Shown piece after piece: positions 36,772 to 49,616 of a stretch of DNA of 64,000 bases. How positions within the stretch are numbered: position 1 is the first letter of the stretch; each line of letters opens with the position of its first letter. The DNA lies in NCBI RefSeq assembly GCF_018350175.1, contig NC_058377.1, forward strand, positions 62,310,001-62,374,000, read 5' to 3'. The DNA comes from Felis catus. Lineage: Eukaryota. Under the pieces are notes generated by a model. That model was given only the letters and a program-made list of their open reading frames with translations, made no database searches and had not been told where the DNA came from. Both the position numbers and the translations under genes were made by a program.

Positions 36772-38514
36772 CTTTTTTTAAAAAATGTTTTTAAGTTTAT
36801 TCCAATGGCTCATCCTTAATCTTTTCTTATGTTGTTTTGGCAATATTTTGTACAAGGGATTTACTCTTTTCTCTGTCCTAGGAGGAAATAAAGGCTTGGA
36901 GAAGCTTTTCAAAGGGATTAGGGCTAGAATTAGAGAAGATAGGGTTTGTGTGGTGATTTCGAAGTGACCTCGTTTTTAAAACAGCTGCTAGATTGTCTTC
37001 AGGATGAATATATTAACTGTCTTACGTAGCAGGATCACACTCCATGTCTTGCCAACCTTTAAGTGCTAAAAAAAATGGAAAATACTTATTTCTTTTCTGT
37101 GAACTCAAATCTGCTCCTTCTCTTAACTGTATCACACTAATATCAATCAAGAGAAAACATAAAGATACAAGGCTGTGTCTTTGATATGATGATATATAAT
37201 AATAAGTGAGTATTTGACAAAAAAACCCAGACCCCATACAGTCAAGTGGGTCACACACGTCCAAGTTCTCGAGATGGAGCTGTGAAGTTGAACTCCTCAG
37301 GAGTTCTGACCTAAAAGTCCAGAGTCAAACTACTTTCACCTCCAAGCCTCTTTGTGTCTGTTTGGTTAAAATCTGCGAATACATACAGATAATTTTCGTG
37401 TTCACCAAATTACATTACCGTTAAAGAAGGATGATTTCCCCATAATTAGGCGGTACATGTTTATCTAAACAGCAGGCAAGACATTTCTGAGAAAAAAAAT
37501 GCATCTAGTTGTTAACATGAATCTTCTTTGGTTGGTGATAATATGAGAGAATTTTAATATTTCTTCAGATTTGTTTTTCTATATTTAAAAGTAATTATAT
37601 AAAAAATAAATCCATAACTGCCTTATGTGCTAGAAGGAATTTAAACTATTTGAAAGAAAGGGTGAGGGCATGGATCATTCTAAGCGAGAGAATACCAGTT
37701 TTAGGAATTTCAGATGGCTGAGCAAAGGAAGGAAGCATGAGGCACGAGTGAGCAGGTAAGACTCAGAAGCAGCAACACTCAGGAGACGGGCTGCATGATG
37801 AAGTAAGAGGAAGAAACCACAGGAGAAGGGAGCAATTGTTGGCCAAAAGAAAAGGCTGGTTTGTTATTTTCAGGCTTGGCTGGTTGGGATCCTGAATAGA
37901 ATAAAAAGTACATGAAAAACACCAGCGGGAAGAAAGATGAGTCCAGTTTCGACCATGATGAATCTGAATATACAATGACAGTTTCTTCAATATATGGGCA
38001 AGTAATTCTTGTTTGTTAATAAAATCAAAATTAGACTACCTGTGTCTAATTCCTGTATTTGTATGCCTTTGTAGATTCTCTAGGACTAAACTAGAAACAA
38101 ATTTCTAAGATTTGTCTCTATTAAGTCACTCCTTAAATCAACAAATTCAGTCATGATCACTTAATTTTTCAAGCTAGTCTTTTGTGATCTTCTTAGAAGT
38201 CGATATAAAGTCAAATATTAAAAAAAGTTATTCCTCTTCTAATTTGCATCATACTTAAGTTTGAAAATCCTTGAAGTCTGTGATATAAAATTTGTGGAGG
38301 CTATATAAAACCTTAATGGACATCTATAGCAACTAGAAATGGTGAAACTACAAAATTTCATCTTCGAAATTCTGCATTTAAAAAGTCTCCTTGTTGTCAG
38401 TTAATAAAAATCTGATGCAGTGTTGAGACAATATGAAGAAAACACATATCCACTTGATTCCACAAAATTTCTGAAGAGATGAAGAAAGTTCAAAAGAAAA
38501 AAAACTAGAATCTT

Positions 38515-38826
38515 ATTNNNNNNNNNNNNNNNNNNNNNNNNNNNNNNNNNNNNNNNNNNNNNNNNNNNNNNNNNNNNNNNNNNNNNNNNNNNNNNNNNNN
38601 NNNNNNNNNNNNNNNNNNNNNNNNNNNNNNNNNNNNNNNNNNNNNNNNNNNNNNNNNNNNNNNNNNNNNNNNNNNNNNNNNNNNNNNNNNNNNNNNNNNN
38701 NNNNNNNNNNNNNNNNNNCTAGATTAGTTAACATAGTGTAATTATGGTCTCACGAGTAGAATTGAGTAATTCATTACTTACACATAACCTCCAGTGCTCA
38801 TCCCAACAAGTGCTCTCCTTAATGCT
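38515..38826 (-). mobile_element. L1 3'-end insertion specific to block A2 (partly N)
   Basis: ttacacataacctccagtgctcatcccaacaag; absent at the paralogous site ~24640. Confidence 0.75.
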
Positions 38827-39095
38827 GCGATGGTCCCGAATTGAAATAAATAAGGATAAGGCAAAAAGAGATTTGAGATGCATGCTGAATGTCCCTCGAT
38901 AGTCAACCGTGATAATTGCTCCTTATAAGTTTAATTTCTACTATAAAACCCCCAGAACTTCATGGTACTTTATCTTAAATTACAGTAAGGGATGTACAAC
39001 AGAGTTCATTTGGTTACAGCACCAATTATGCTACGTGGAGATAGGTTAAAAATAATGTTTGATGATAATATGGCTCAAAGAAAGCAATGTTGAAA

Positions 39096-39117
39096 CCCAT
39101 CTTTTTTTTTCTCTTAG
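39096..39117 (+). promoter_or_regulatory. 3' splice acceptor of OR56B1-b
   Basis: Same tract as copy a, AG at 39116-39117. Confidence 0.75.
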
Positions 39118-39123
39118 GAAACA

Positions 39124-40107
39124 ATGTCTGCATCTCTGAAAGGCTCTAATAGCTCCAAGTTCCAGGTGTCTGAGTTCATCTTGATGGGACTCCCAGGCAT
39201 TCACAGCTGGCAACACTGGCTCTCTTTACCATTGGCAATACTCTACCTCTCAGCAATTGGTGCTAATATCCTCATCCTTGTCACCATCTGCCAGGACCCT
39301 GCTCTTCAGCAGCCCATGTACTCTTTCCTAGGCATCCTCTCTGTGGTGGACATGGGCCTGGCCACCACCATCATGCCCAAGATCTTGGCCATCTTCTGGT
39401 TTGATGCGAAGGTCATCAGCCTTCTTGAGTGTTTTGCTCAGATCTATGCCATTCACTGCTTTGTGGGCATGGAGTCTGGTATCTTCCTCTGCATGGCTTT
39501 TGATAGATACATAGCTATTTGTCACCCTCTTCGCTACCCATCAATTGTCACCGAGACCTTAATCTTAAGAGCTACTGTGTTCATGGTACTAAGAAACGGT
39601 TTGCTTTCCCTTCCAATGCCAGTGCTAGCAGCCCAGCGTAATTATTGTTCCAGGAACGAGATTGAGCACTGTCTGTGCTCTAACCTTGGGGTCACCAGCC
39701 TGGCTTGTGACGACTGGAGGCCAAACAGCATCTGCCAATTGGTTCTGGCATGGCTTGGAATGGGGAGTGACCTAGGTCTTATAATATTGTCATACATTTT
39801 GATTCTGCGCTCTGTACTTAAACTGAATTCTGCTGAAGCTGCCTCCAAAGCTCTGAGCACTTGTAGCTCCCATCTCATCCTTATTCTATTCTTCTACACT
39901 GTTGTTGTAGTGATTTCAGTAACTCATCTGGCAGAAACTAAGGTCCCTTTGGTTCCAGTTCTACTCAATGTGCTGCACAACATCATCCCCCCTTCCCTCA
40001 ACCCTATGGTTTATGCACTTAGGACTAAAGAACTTAGGGCAGGCTTCCAAAAGGTGTTTTGTTTGAGCTTAGAAAAGAAAACAAGGCACCAGAGACCTTC
40101 TCCATGA
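39124..40107 (+). CDS. OR56B1: Class I olfactory receptor, OR56B1-like copy b, intact
   Basis: 327-aa ORF; 18 nt / 12 aa differences from copy a by manual comparison. Confidence 0.9.
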   Translation: MSASLKGSNSSKFQVSEFILMGLPGIHSWQHWLSLPLAILYLSAIGANILILVTICQDPALQQPMYSFLGILSVVDMGLATTIMPKILAIFWFDAKVISLLECFAQIYAIHCFVGMESGIFLCMAFDRYIAICHPLRYPSIVTETLILRATVFMVLRNGLLSLPMPVLAAQRNYCSRNEIEHCLCSNLGVTSLACDDWRPNSICQLVLAWLGMGSDLGLIILSYILILRSVLKLNSAEAASKALSTCSSHLILILFFYTVVVVISVTHLAETKVPLVPVLLNVLHNIIPPSLNPMVYALRTKELRAGFQKVFCLSLEKKTRHQRPSP

Positions 40108-40699
40108 TGTACATGAACTTCAGCTAATTTCAAATATGATGGGAAACATGAATGCCTTTGAGATATCTTTTTCACATTGTAAAACCATCTGAAAACAACA
40201 ACAACAACAACAAAAAATATTCACAGTAGCTCCAAAATATTGATAAGAGTTGGATAAATTTGAGAGTAGGAAAGACTTTCTACCAAAACAATCAAATGGA
40301 ATAAAAACTAGAATATAATATTTATATCTCTCCTAAATTAAAATGTAATATAATAACAAAAGCACACTCACACACAACCAAAGAAATAAATGATCTATAA
40401 CTTGAGTTATAGATCATGTTTGTTTATTGATAACCATTCCTTAGGAGCAACGTCTGTCTGTCTGAACAAGTGTCATTCCAGTAATGTGCCTGCAGAGGGA
40501 GGAATAGAAAATACTTCAGATGAGCAAAGCCCAATCAGTCTATGATGTGGCTTAGGATAGAACAGGGCCATATGACCAAACCTGGATAAACATAACTCAA
40601 AGGATACAGATGAGTAGGGAGATACAAGGTGGAGAGAGAGTGCGACAGAGACAGACAGAGACAGAGACAGAGGGAGAATGAGAGAAAGAGAAATATAGA

Positions 40700-41205
40700 T
40701 GTACACAAGAACCTATCTTTTGTTCCATTTGCCTTTCCAGATCTGCTATCCACCCTTTCTGCAGTGTTCTATACCCTAAAGGTCTTAAGCTCATATACTG
40801 TGTAGCCTGGGCTCCTTTTTTCCCAGCACCAGGTTAAATTGTACCAATGGGAATCACTGGCAGGAGATTCGAGTGCAAGAAGAGAGTTTCGTTATTTATT
40901 CTTCTCCTAGCCCACTTTGACATTGGGGTTCTGGCTGGATGTGCCAATGAAGCATTCGCCACGTAGCCCATCTGCAATAGCTATAGCTTGTATGGTTTTA
41001 CCCAAGAATATTTTTAAAATCTTCTCTTCCCTATGTTGGACAAGAGCACAATCAAGTCATTATGTTGGTCTCCACTATTTTTTTCAACATCCATTTTTGT
41101 TTCCTTCACCTCAACTACAAGCCAGTTAATGGCAACTTCATTTAATTCTCCTGAGACTCTCATTTGTGTGTACCTTTTGTCTCTTGCTGAGACTCTGAAT
41201 GACTC
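40700..41205. mobile_element. Ancient ERVL-type LTR (LTR33/LTR16-like)
   Basis: ccaatgggaatcactggcaggagatt and the terminal ...gagactctgaatgactca resemble these families from recall. Confidence 0.5.
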
Positions 41206-43167
41206 ATGAGCTTTACTTAAACCACCACCACATCTAATGCAACTACTCCTCTGCCATGACTAATAGGATGTAGGCAGCATGAAGAGGTGAGAAGCAGATC
41301 TACAGATAGAAATAAAGAAGTCTGTAAGGCAACAGGCAGGTCCAGGATATTTATCCCAGTGAAAAACCTTTCCCTGGAAACATTCTTCTCTTTTCTATGA
41401 TGCTAAAACCAATGAAGAGCAAAAATAAGGCTTACCTTAATATGTCATGAATCTCATTATGATCTGGGCTTGTTTCCACTGATCCTATGATTAGAGTATC
41501 ATTAAGTAGCTGGCATATTTTATGGATTATCTCATAAAAATTGAGGATTAGTTTGGGGCACAGGCCTACCACATGTTAATAGTTCTATTCCATACCATAT
41601 ACTGTCACTCATCTTACAGTTAAATATTAAAAGTAAATTCTGGATTCCCACATAAACTTGAATTTATTTATTTTCATTTAAATGCTGATAGAAAAAAATA
41701 CCCAATTTCCAGAGGACTCATGAAACCCTTTATGGTTAAGATGACAGAGCAGCATGGAGACCCTCAGGTTGTTTCGTCCCTGAAAGTTACCTAGATTCAC
41801 ACAAAACAATTTTGTACACCTAAGAAATTGATCTGAGGATAGCACAAAAATCTGCATAACTTGAGCCACAGAGCTTGGAAGTGCGTGGTGTGGAGAGGTG
41901 AACTGAGGGAGAGAAAAGCCACAGAGGTAGGGAGGTGTTTTGGGGAAGAGAGGACAGAGAATGGGGGAGAGTGTGGTGCATCAGGAGAGTGTAGGAAAAA
42001 CACTCCCTGAAAGTAGTTGGAGAGAAAGACAGAGAACAAGTGAAAACACTTGCAGGTGATTGAACAAGAGATCTGTTCCCCAAAGCCACTGATGGGGAGA
42101 AAGGAGGGGGTTTCACTTCTCCCAGGAGTGCAGAGTCTGAAGTTTTAGAATTCAGTGTCTGGCAGTGCTCTGGTGAGGAAGTAGGGTGAATCCTCAGGTT
42201 CCAGTTTGTGTGGTGTGAGGGGTCCACTTGCCATGAAGGGAGGAGTGGTTTTCCTGCTTGGAGTGCATTTAGTTGAGGCCATATGGCCTCCCCACAGGCA
42301 AAAGTCCCAGGGGACCCCTGAAAGCAGCCAGATTTGCTGGTATTGGGACGAAGAAGCCAGAGTGTGGTATAACCAGGCACCGACTGTGTGTTGTGCATGC
42401 CATAATCTCTGACCCTCTACCACTGGGCAACAGCACAAGACATTGCTCAGCAAGACCCTCCCCCGGAGAACCAGCATGGGTCTAAGCTGCAGGGGGTCTC
42501 TGAAGTATGGAGTTTTGAAACACAATACCATCTGAGATAAAACTCTGGGAGTGCCACCTGGTAGGCAGATGACTTGGACAGGAATAGGATAGAGTTGGGG
42601 AGTGGATGAAGTCCTGACACAAAGAAGGGCTGCTTTATGGTGGGTTGATGAGAGCAGGAAGTTCCCATGCCAGAGACTAGGGAGCTGGGAGAAGCCACTT
42701 CCACCTTTCCCATGTACACATGCACGCACCTGCACATGCATGGGCATGTGCACCACACTGATCTATCCCAGGAAGCTAAGCAGCTCCATCTAGTGGAGAA
42801 CAGAGCTGTTACACCAAGCCCCATCCACCTGCGCCCTCCAAGACATCCAGAAAACAAGCACAAGTCCCTCCACCTGCTTGATATATGAACTATAGAGAGC
42901 TTCATAGTTTCAATTCTAGGGGAAACTGAATTTAACTTTATTTAGGTCTCATTCTGTTTGCTGGTTCATTTGTTTTCTTGGGTTTTTTTTTTTGCTTCTG
43001 TTTTGGTTTAAATTGTTTTTTCCCTTTCTTTTCTTTTTCTTGGATACAGAAATAGAAAATTTTATTTTTATTTTCTTTTTTAAATTTTAATTTTTTATTA
43101 TTTTTTACTTTATTTTTATTTTTCGAATTTTTTATTCCATTTCATTTTCTTTATTTCATTTTATCCT

Positions 43168-43382
43168 ATTTTTTTAAACATTTATTTATTATTGAGAGAC
43201 AGAGAGACACAGAGCGTGAGCAAGGGAGGAGTAGAGAGAGAGGGGGAGAAACAGAATCTGAAGTAGGCTCCAGGCTCCGAGCTGTCAGCACAGAGCCTGA
43301 CATGGGGCTCAAACTCACAAACTGCAAGATTGTGACCTGCGCCGAAGTTGGTTGCTTAATCAACTGAGCCACCCAGGAGCCC
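43168..43382 (-). mobile_element. Can-SINE in L1 5'UTR
   Basis: TSD cattttatcctatttt/cattttattctatttt. Confidence 0.92.
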
Positions 43383-43554
43383 CATTTTATTCTATTTTAT
43401 TATACAATTTTTTAATTAAAAATTTTTTCTTACTTTTTTTTCCTTTCTTGCTTCTCTTTCCCCTTTTTCTCTACTCTATCACGCTTCTTTCAACAAGAAA
43501 ACCAAAACACTACTAGGATGTAGCTTCCTTTATTTGATGTTGCGGTTTGTTTTT

Positions 43555-43760
43555 ATTTTTTTAATGTTTATTTTATTTTTGAGATAGAGAGACAGAGCAC
43601 AAGCAGGGCAAGGGCAGAGAGAGAGGGAGACACAGAACCGGAAGCAGGCTCCAGGCTCTGAGCTGTCAGAACAGCCCTTGTGGGGCCTGAACCCACAAAC
43701 CATGAGATCATGTCCTGAGCTAAAGTCAGATACCCAACTAACTGAGCCACCCAGGTGCCC
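43555..43760 (-). mobile_element. Can-SINE in L1 5'UTR
   Basis: Reverse head ending ccaggtgccc. Confidence 0.9.
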
Positions 43761-44740
43761 TATTTTTAGTTTTTTAATTGTATTTTTTTATTTTGTTAAT
43801 TTTTTCATCCTACAAAATGAAGGCATTCACTCCAAAAGAAAGAACAGGAACAAATGACAGCCAGCAGCTTAATCAACACAGATGTAAGCAAAATGTATGA
43901 ATTAGAATTTAGAACCATGATAATAAGAATACTAGCTACAGTTGAAAAAAGCATTAAATCTCTAGAGTTAAAAGAATTAAAAATGCTATACTGAGATGCA
44001 ATCTCAAATGTATGCCATGATGGCAAGGATGGATGAAGCAGAGCAGTGAATGAGAAATATAGAAGACAAAATTATGAAGAATAATGAAGCAGAAAAAAAG
44101 AGGGAAAGAAAAACAAAAGAGCATGATACAAGACTTAGAGAACTCAGTTACCTATAAAAAGGCATAATATCTGAATCATAGGAGTCCCAGAAGATGAAGA
44201 GAGAAAAAAAAGGGGGGAAGGTTTATATGAGCAAATTATAGTGGAAAAAATGTCCTAATCTGGGGAAGGACACAGACATCAAAATCCAAGAAGTTCAGAG
44301 AACTCCCATTAGATTCAACAAAAACCTACCATCAACAAGGGATATTATAGTCCAATTCACAAAATACACAGACAAGGAAAGAATCATGAAAACAGCAAGA
44401 GAAAAAAAAGTCCTTACCCTATAAGGGAAGACAGATCAGGTTAGCAGCAGATGTGTCCACAGAAACTTAAGCTGTAGGAGTGGCAGGATATATTCAACGT
44501 GCTGAATCAGAAAAATCTGCAACCAAGAATTCTTTATCCAGCAAGGCCATCATTCAAAATAGAAGGAAAGATCAGAGTTTCCCAGACAAACAGAAACTAA
44601 AAGAGTTCATGACCACTAAACCAGTCCTGCTATAAATTTTAAGGGGGACTCTGTGACGGGAGAAAAGACAAAACAATATTAAAAAAGACCAAAAGCAACA
44701 CAGACTAGAAAGGACCAGAGAACACCACCAGAAACTCCAA

Positions 44741-47358
44741 TTCTTCCCATTTTTTTACTGGATTATTGTTTTTTGGGGGTTGAGTTTGAAAAGTCCTTTA
44801 TAGACTTTGGATACTAACCCTTATCAGTTACGTCATTTGCAAATATCTTCTCTCATTCTATGGTTGCCTTTTAGTTTTGTTGGATGACCTTTTATTCAAT
44901 CAAAATAACTCAATTTTGGAATGACTAATTATATAATATTGGATAAAAATACCAGCCTATGTTATAGTATATTATCATCTTTTTTGTTAAAACATACATA
45001 ATACATGCATATCAATACATGTACATATATGTAGTTTTAAAATCAGGATAAAAATATACCAGATTCTTTCTAGGTTGTAGAACTATAAGTGCTTTTTGAT
45101 CTCCTTTAAAACACCTTTCGATTTTGCCAAATTATTCAATGTATGCTGGTATTACTTTTATCTATTTTAAATAGATAAAAAATTAAAACTAGTTATGTTT
45201 TTAAAAATTATCACTACCGTCATGATTATTTCAGGGTTTTATATTGATCTAATTTTCCTAACTTAATATGTGGGTGTAATAAGCCTAATCTTTTGGTGAC
45301 TTTCTTTTTTATATTGCCATAAGAGTCATCATTTGTCTCCCTTAAAAGTAAGCTTTTAAACCAGGGGCCATCACTTATATGTAAGTGATGAATCAGTAAA
45401 TTCTATTCCTGAAGCCAATATTACACTATATTTTAACTAACTAGAGTTTAAATAAAATCTTGAAACAAACAAAAAATAAACCAGGGATCATGTTTACATA
45501 TTTCCTACCATAGCTTAGAAAATAGAAAGTTTTCAATAAACAGTCATCAAAGGAAAGATGAAATAATACATGAATAAAAGAAGAAATTATAAAATGAATT
45601 AGTGTGTGAATGAAAAACTTCTCTGCTTAAGTGCTTTTGATCTATTTTTCCATAGGACAGTGAGGGGGGAAAATAAAATATAAATGTGTGATAAATATCA
45701 AGTCCTACTTTTATGTAAAAATATCTTGTGCTCATTTTCAGTCTCTACCTTCCTGTACATACATGCTAACACACAAACACACACATATGAGATTATTCAC
45801 TTATTTATATATCAATATTTGGGCACTAAGAATGGAAAGTTATAGCTCTTTTTCCTCCTCCCACAGAGGATAGCTTGATCCCCACACGAACACTTGTGTT
45901 TCCAATACTCTGACATGGTCCCTTGGGACACATAACACACATTTTCCTTTAAAGTCTTGGTTCAATAGTGCAAATATCAAGGAAGTTAAGGATAGGCTGC
46001 TGCACATGCACATTTATTCTAGGGTTGTGATTTATTTTAACAAGATCTTAAATACCTGGACTAGACTGCATTCAGCCCACTGTTTTGCTACCCAGGAACT
46101 AAGGTATTTAAGACATACAAAANNNNNNNNNNNNNNNNNNNNNNNNNNNNNNNNNNNNNNNNNNNNNNNNNNNNNNNNNNNNNNNNNNNNNNNNNNNNNN
46201 NNNNNNNNNNNNNNNNNNNNNNNNNNNNNNNNNNNNNNNNNNNNNNNNNNNNNNNNNNNNNNNNNNNNNNNTGTATTTGTTTCTGTCTTTCTGATTGTCA
46301 GTAAGATAAAGTGGAGGAGGGTTTGTGTATATATCAACTGCTTATTATTTTTCCAGAAATAAATCTTTGATTTCATTCACACAATTTGAATGCAGAAATA
46401 TTGTGTGGGATTGGGTGTTTTTATTAAATATGTATTTTTCAAACTATGGCATTAAGATTCAGCATAATGCTATTGTGATTATGATTTTCTGTGTTATATC
46501 TCTATATAAATAGGAATCTTTATTTCAGTGGTGGTGGAAGTTGGGCATGAATCACTCTCATGACAATGAGAAATGGAAGAACAGTTAGAAAATAGTTCTC
46601 CACCATTAGATCAATGACCAGATTGCTCCTGCTTCTTACCTGTCCTGCCCCTGTTTCTCAAAATCAGAGTGCAATTTTCCTTTATTATTTTCTAGTGAGA
46701 CTGAGCTATGACTTTATTCCATTGTGTCCGGGTAGTAAAAGCCACATGGACCAAACAACTCTCATATGAAAAGAAAAACATGGATATAAAAACAAATTTT
46801 CTTACCTATAGGGTTGAAGAATGAGGATATACTACAGGTAATATCAACTACATTTTATAAGTTTGTTGATAGTCATGTATTAATATTACTATTCCAGTAA
46901 TTCTGTCTATAAGCCAGCATAATATAAGTCAAATTTCCTTGTGGAAGAAACTGAATTCTGTTGTATCAAAATTATTTTGATTGAATGATAAAACTGCCTA
47001 AATTTGTAGTTAATACTTAAGTATTTAATTTGGATCTTGAAGAGTTTTGCAAATATATTGAAAATGGGAACTAGTTATTGTGTGAGAATAAAGCCAGTTT
47101 TAGTGACTACAGCTATACAGATAAAAAGGAGATTGAGGAGTATAAAAGGAATGCTTATCAAAGGAATGTTTATCTAGTATTTTTTAAAAATACATCTTTC
47201 CAAAAAGTGCAATTGTAATCCCATAAAAATATTTTCAGTTTTCAATTTAGTGGTATATATATATATATTTTTAAATGTTTATTTATTTATTTTGAGAAAG
47301 AGAGGGAGGGGCAGAGAGATAGAAAGAGAAAATCCCAAGCGGGCTTCATGCTGGCAGT
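44741..47358 (+). repeat. Duplicated block B2
   Basis: Starts inside a shared minus-strand L1 fragment and ends inside a shared SINE. Confidence 0.88.
45848..46110 (+). promoter_or_regulatory. OR52N4-type upstream module, copy 3 (upstream of OR52N4-b)
   Basis: Acceptor-like tract ending 45866, TCCCTTGGGA 45919-45928, donor GT at 46104. Confidence 0.55.
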
Positions 47359-47559
47359 GGTCAGCTGTGTTGTTTTCAAATTTTTCCCTACTCCAAATAC
47401 CAAAGAGGATGTGTATTTTATATTTCACATTTAGCTCTTATATTTTTCTAAACCTGTTTTTGTGTATGATATGATTTAGGGAACAAGGTGTGTTTCTTTT
47501 TTCTCTCAACACACATCCATTGACTCAATAATATTGAAAATATAATACTGAAAATATCT

Positions 47560-47657
47560 TTTTTTAAGGTAAGTTCTAGTCCCACCATGGGGCTTGAACT
47601 CTCGACTCTGAGATCAAGAGTCTCAACCTCTACCGACTGAGCTAGCCAGATGACCCT
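47560..47657 (-). mobile_element. Short older Can-SINE
   Basis: tggggcttgaactctcgactctgagatcaagag. Confidence 0.75.
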
Positions 47658-48499
47658 TGAAAATGCAATTTTTGTTCTTAATCTGTTTCCTCTGTCATTA
47701 ATTAGGTGGCTTAATGTGTGTTTCAGTATCTGGTTTCTGGACTCTGTATTTCTTACAATAATATTTTTATCAGTATTTAAAAGGATAGGTAATCTATTTG
47801 TAAGGAAGTTACATAAATTGTCCACATGTATACCTTTAGGAATTGGAAAGATGGGGTTAAAATCCATGTATTTCACCAAGACCCTACTTTTATTGTACTG
47901 ACATGATCTTAGAGACATTGAAAGATCAAAAACACCTCAAGGAGATTAAGTGAATTACAAAAATCAGCTCTGGGGTCCAGGTGTTCTGCCTAATAAATTG
48001 GTGAAATTTCTACCATATTAGTTGACAATTTTCTATGGAAAATCATATGCACCTTTTCCTATTTCTAGTTATTATAGGGTTACTGGGAAGGTGATTAAAG
48101 AAAACCAATCAGGTTGTTTGGCAACTTTGGCCAGAGGTCCTTTCCTTTCAGGAAACAGAAATTTTACATAAATTGCTTGTTTGTGGAGTCTGCTAAATAA
48201 ATGATTACCTGCAAGTTTAATCAGCTTCAATCTTCCATTAATTCTTATTTTGCTTACCTAGTGAGCAAAGACCACAATATCTCAAAGTTTTTCATATCCT
48301 TCTGCCCTCATTGCTGGGGATGAGGTGGTGGTGGTAGAGGTAGAGAGTATTCCCATGAGGGGTAGGAGGAAGATTCTGATTTTCTCGTTGCTTAATAAGT
48401 TTTTAAAGCACCTTGGAGTAAATTCCTGACCCTTTGGATTCTTGTGAGTTCTTTAGTATTTCCTTTCCATTAACAAGGAATTCGCTATTATCATTACAA

Positions 48500-49020
48500 G
48501 ATTCTTTATGATCTAGCTCCTGGGCAAATGTCCAGGTTATCATTTGTTCCTTTCATACAAGTGAATTCTCATAGACTTGATCGTTTTGATTTCTTTTTAT
48601 TGATTTCTTTATGTGTTTGTTTTGATTTCTATACTTGTACTTATTGACTTTTTCCTCTGGAATTTCTTTTGCAAATGTATCTCCCTTACAACTTGTCTTC
48701 CTTCAAAATAAATACCAAACGCCTTCTCTTCAACATGGTCCTTCTTGACAATCACCAATCCCTCCTCCAAATACCCCACCAACAAAAACACACATCCATT
48801 TTAATAACATACTGCTTATTTAAGACAACGTACATACTTCTATTTCAGTTTTTTATGCTTACTGTAATTATTACATTTACTGTGATTATTTCTGTGCACT
48901 TGGTCTCTCCATTAAACTCTCAATTCTTTAAAGGATGAAATTGTGTCTTATTCTCCACAGGATCACATTGTAAGAGCTCAGTAAATATTTATGAGAAATG
49001 AAGAGATTAATGAAAGAAGG
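48500..49020 (+). mobile_element. L2 3' fragment
   Basis: gagctcagtaaatatttatgagaaatgaa tail. Confidence 0.5.
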
Positions 49021-49554
49021 AGATACCATTTATCTACCCCAAATATTTAGTTAACTTGAAAATGAAGTTTAATTGTAAGTAGGGAATTTGGATTAATTAA
49101 TTTTTCTCTTGGATGAGAAATGAATTTGATGTGTGATTAGAAATATTAAATTTCCATTTATGTTGTCTCCCACTAGAACCCAACTGAAATGTGTCCCATT
49201 GCTAATGTTAGGAAAAAATGGGGAAAAGTTAGGAAAAAATAGGGAGATGCATATAGTTATTAATAGGTAAGTAAGGTATTCTAACAAAAATTTCTTTAGA
49301 GAAGTCATTAACAGAGTTATACTCAATTATAAATCTATGAGGATGGAAATATTTTAAAAATAATGAAGATTCAGTGTCAGTGGTGAGAACTTGAGTTGCT
49401 TAATAAGAAATTGTTAGATGAACAGATGACTTAATGCAAAACAAATAGACAATAAAAACTAATCCCTGGACCTTAGAAATTTTGACTGATCACTAAAATG
49501 CACTATGGAATTTTAAAATGTTGAGGTGAGAGGGAGGCAGTATATATAAGCTAT

Positions 49555-49583
49555 ATTTTTCTTCTCTTTTATGCCTACTCTAG
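49555..49583 (+). promoter_or_regulatory. 3' splice acceptor of OR52N4-b
   Basis: ttttcttctcttttatgcctactctAG|gaa. Confidence 0.65.
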
Positions 49584-49616
49584 GAAAACACACATGAATG
49601 TTAAGCCTAATTGATC

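Larger units (their letters stand above)
36384..40611 (+). repeat. Segmental duplication block A2 (contains OR56B1-b)
   Basis: Begins ggtaggaaacc (equivalent to 22594) and ends gatacagat (equivalent to 26429). Confidence 0.9.
41730..44740 (+). mobile_element. L1 5' portion: 5'UTR plus disrupted ORF1 (~43817-44655), 3'-truncated
   Basis: Starts aagatgacagagcagcatggagaccc; ORF1-like INTDVSKMYELEFRTMIIRILA peptide; multiple stops and frameshifts. Confidence 0.85.

Noticed and set aside
41820-42905. Long minus-strand ORFs (192, 203 and 152 aa)
   Set aside because: They lie in the GC-richer L1 5'UTR, overlap in several frames and show no recognisable protein motif.
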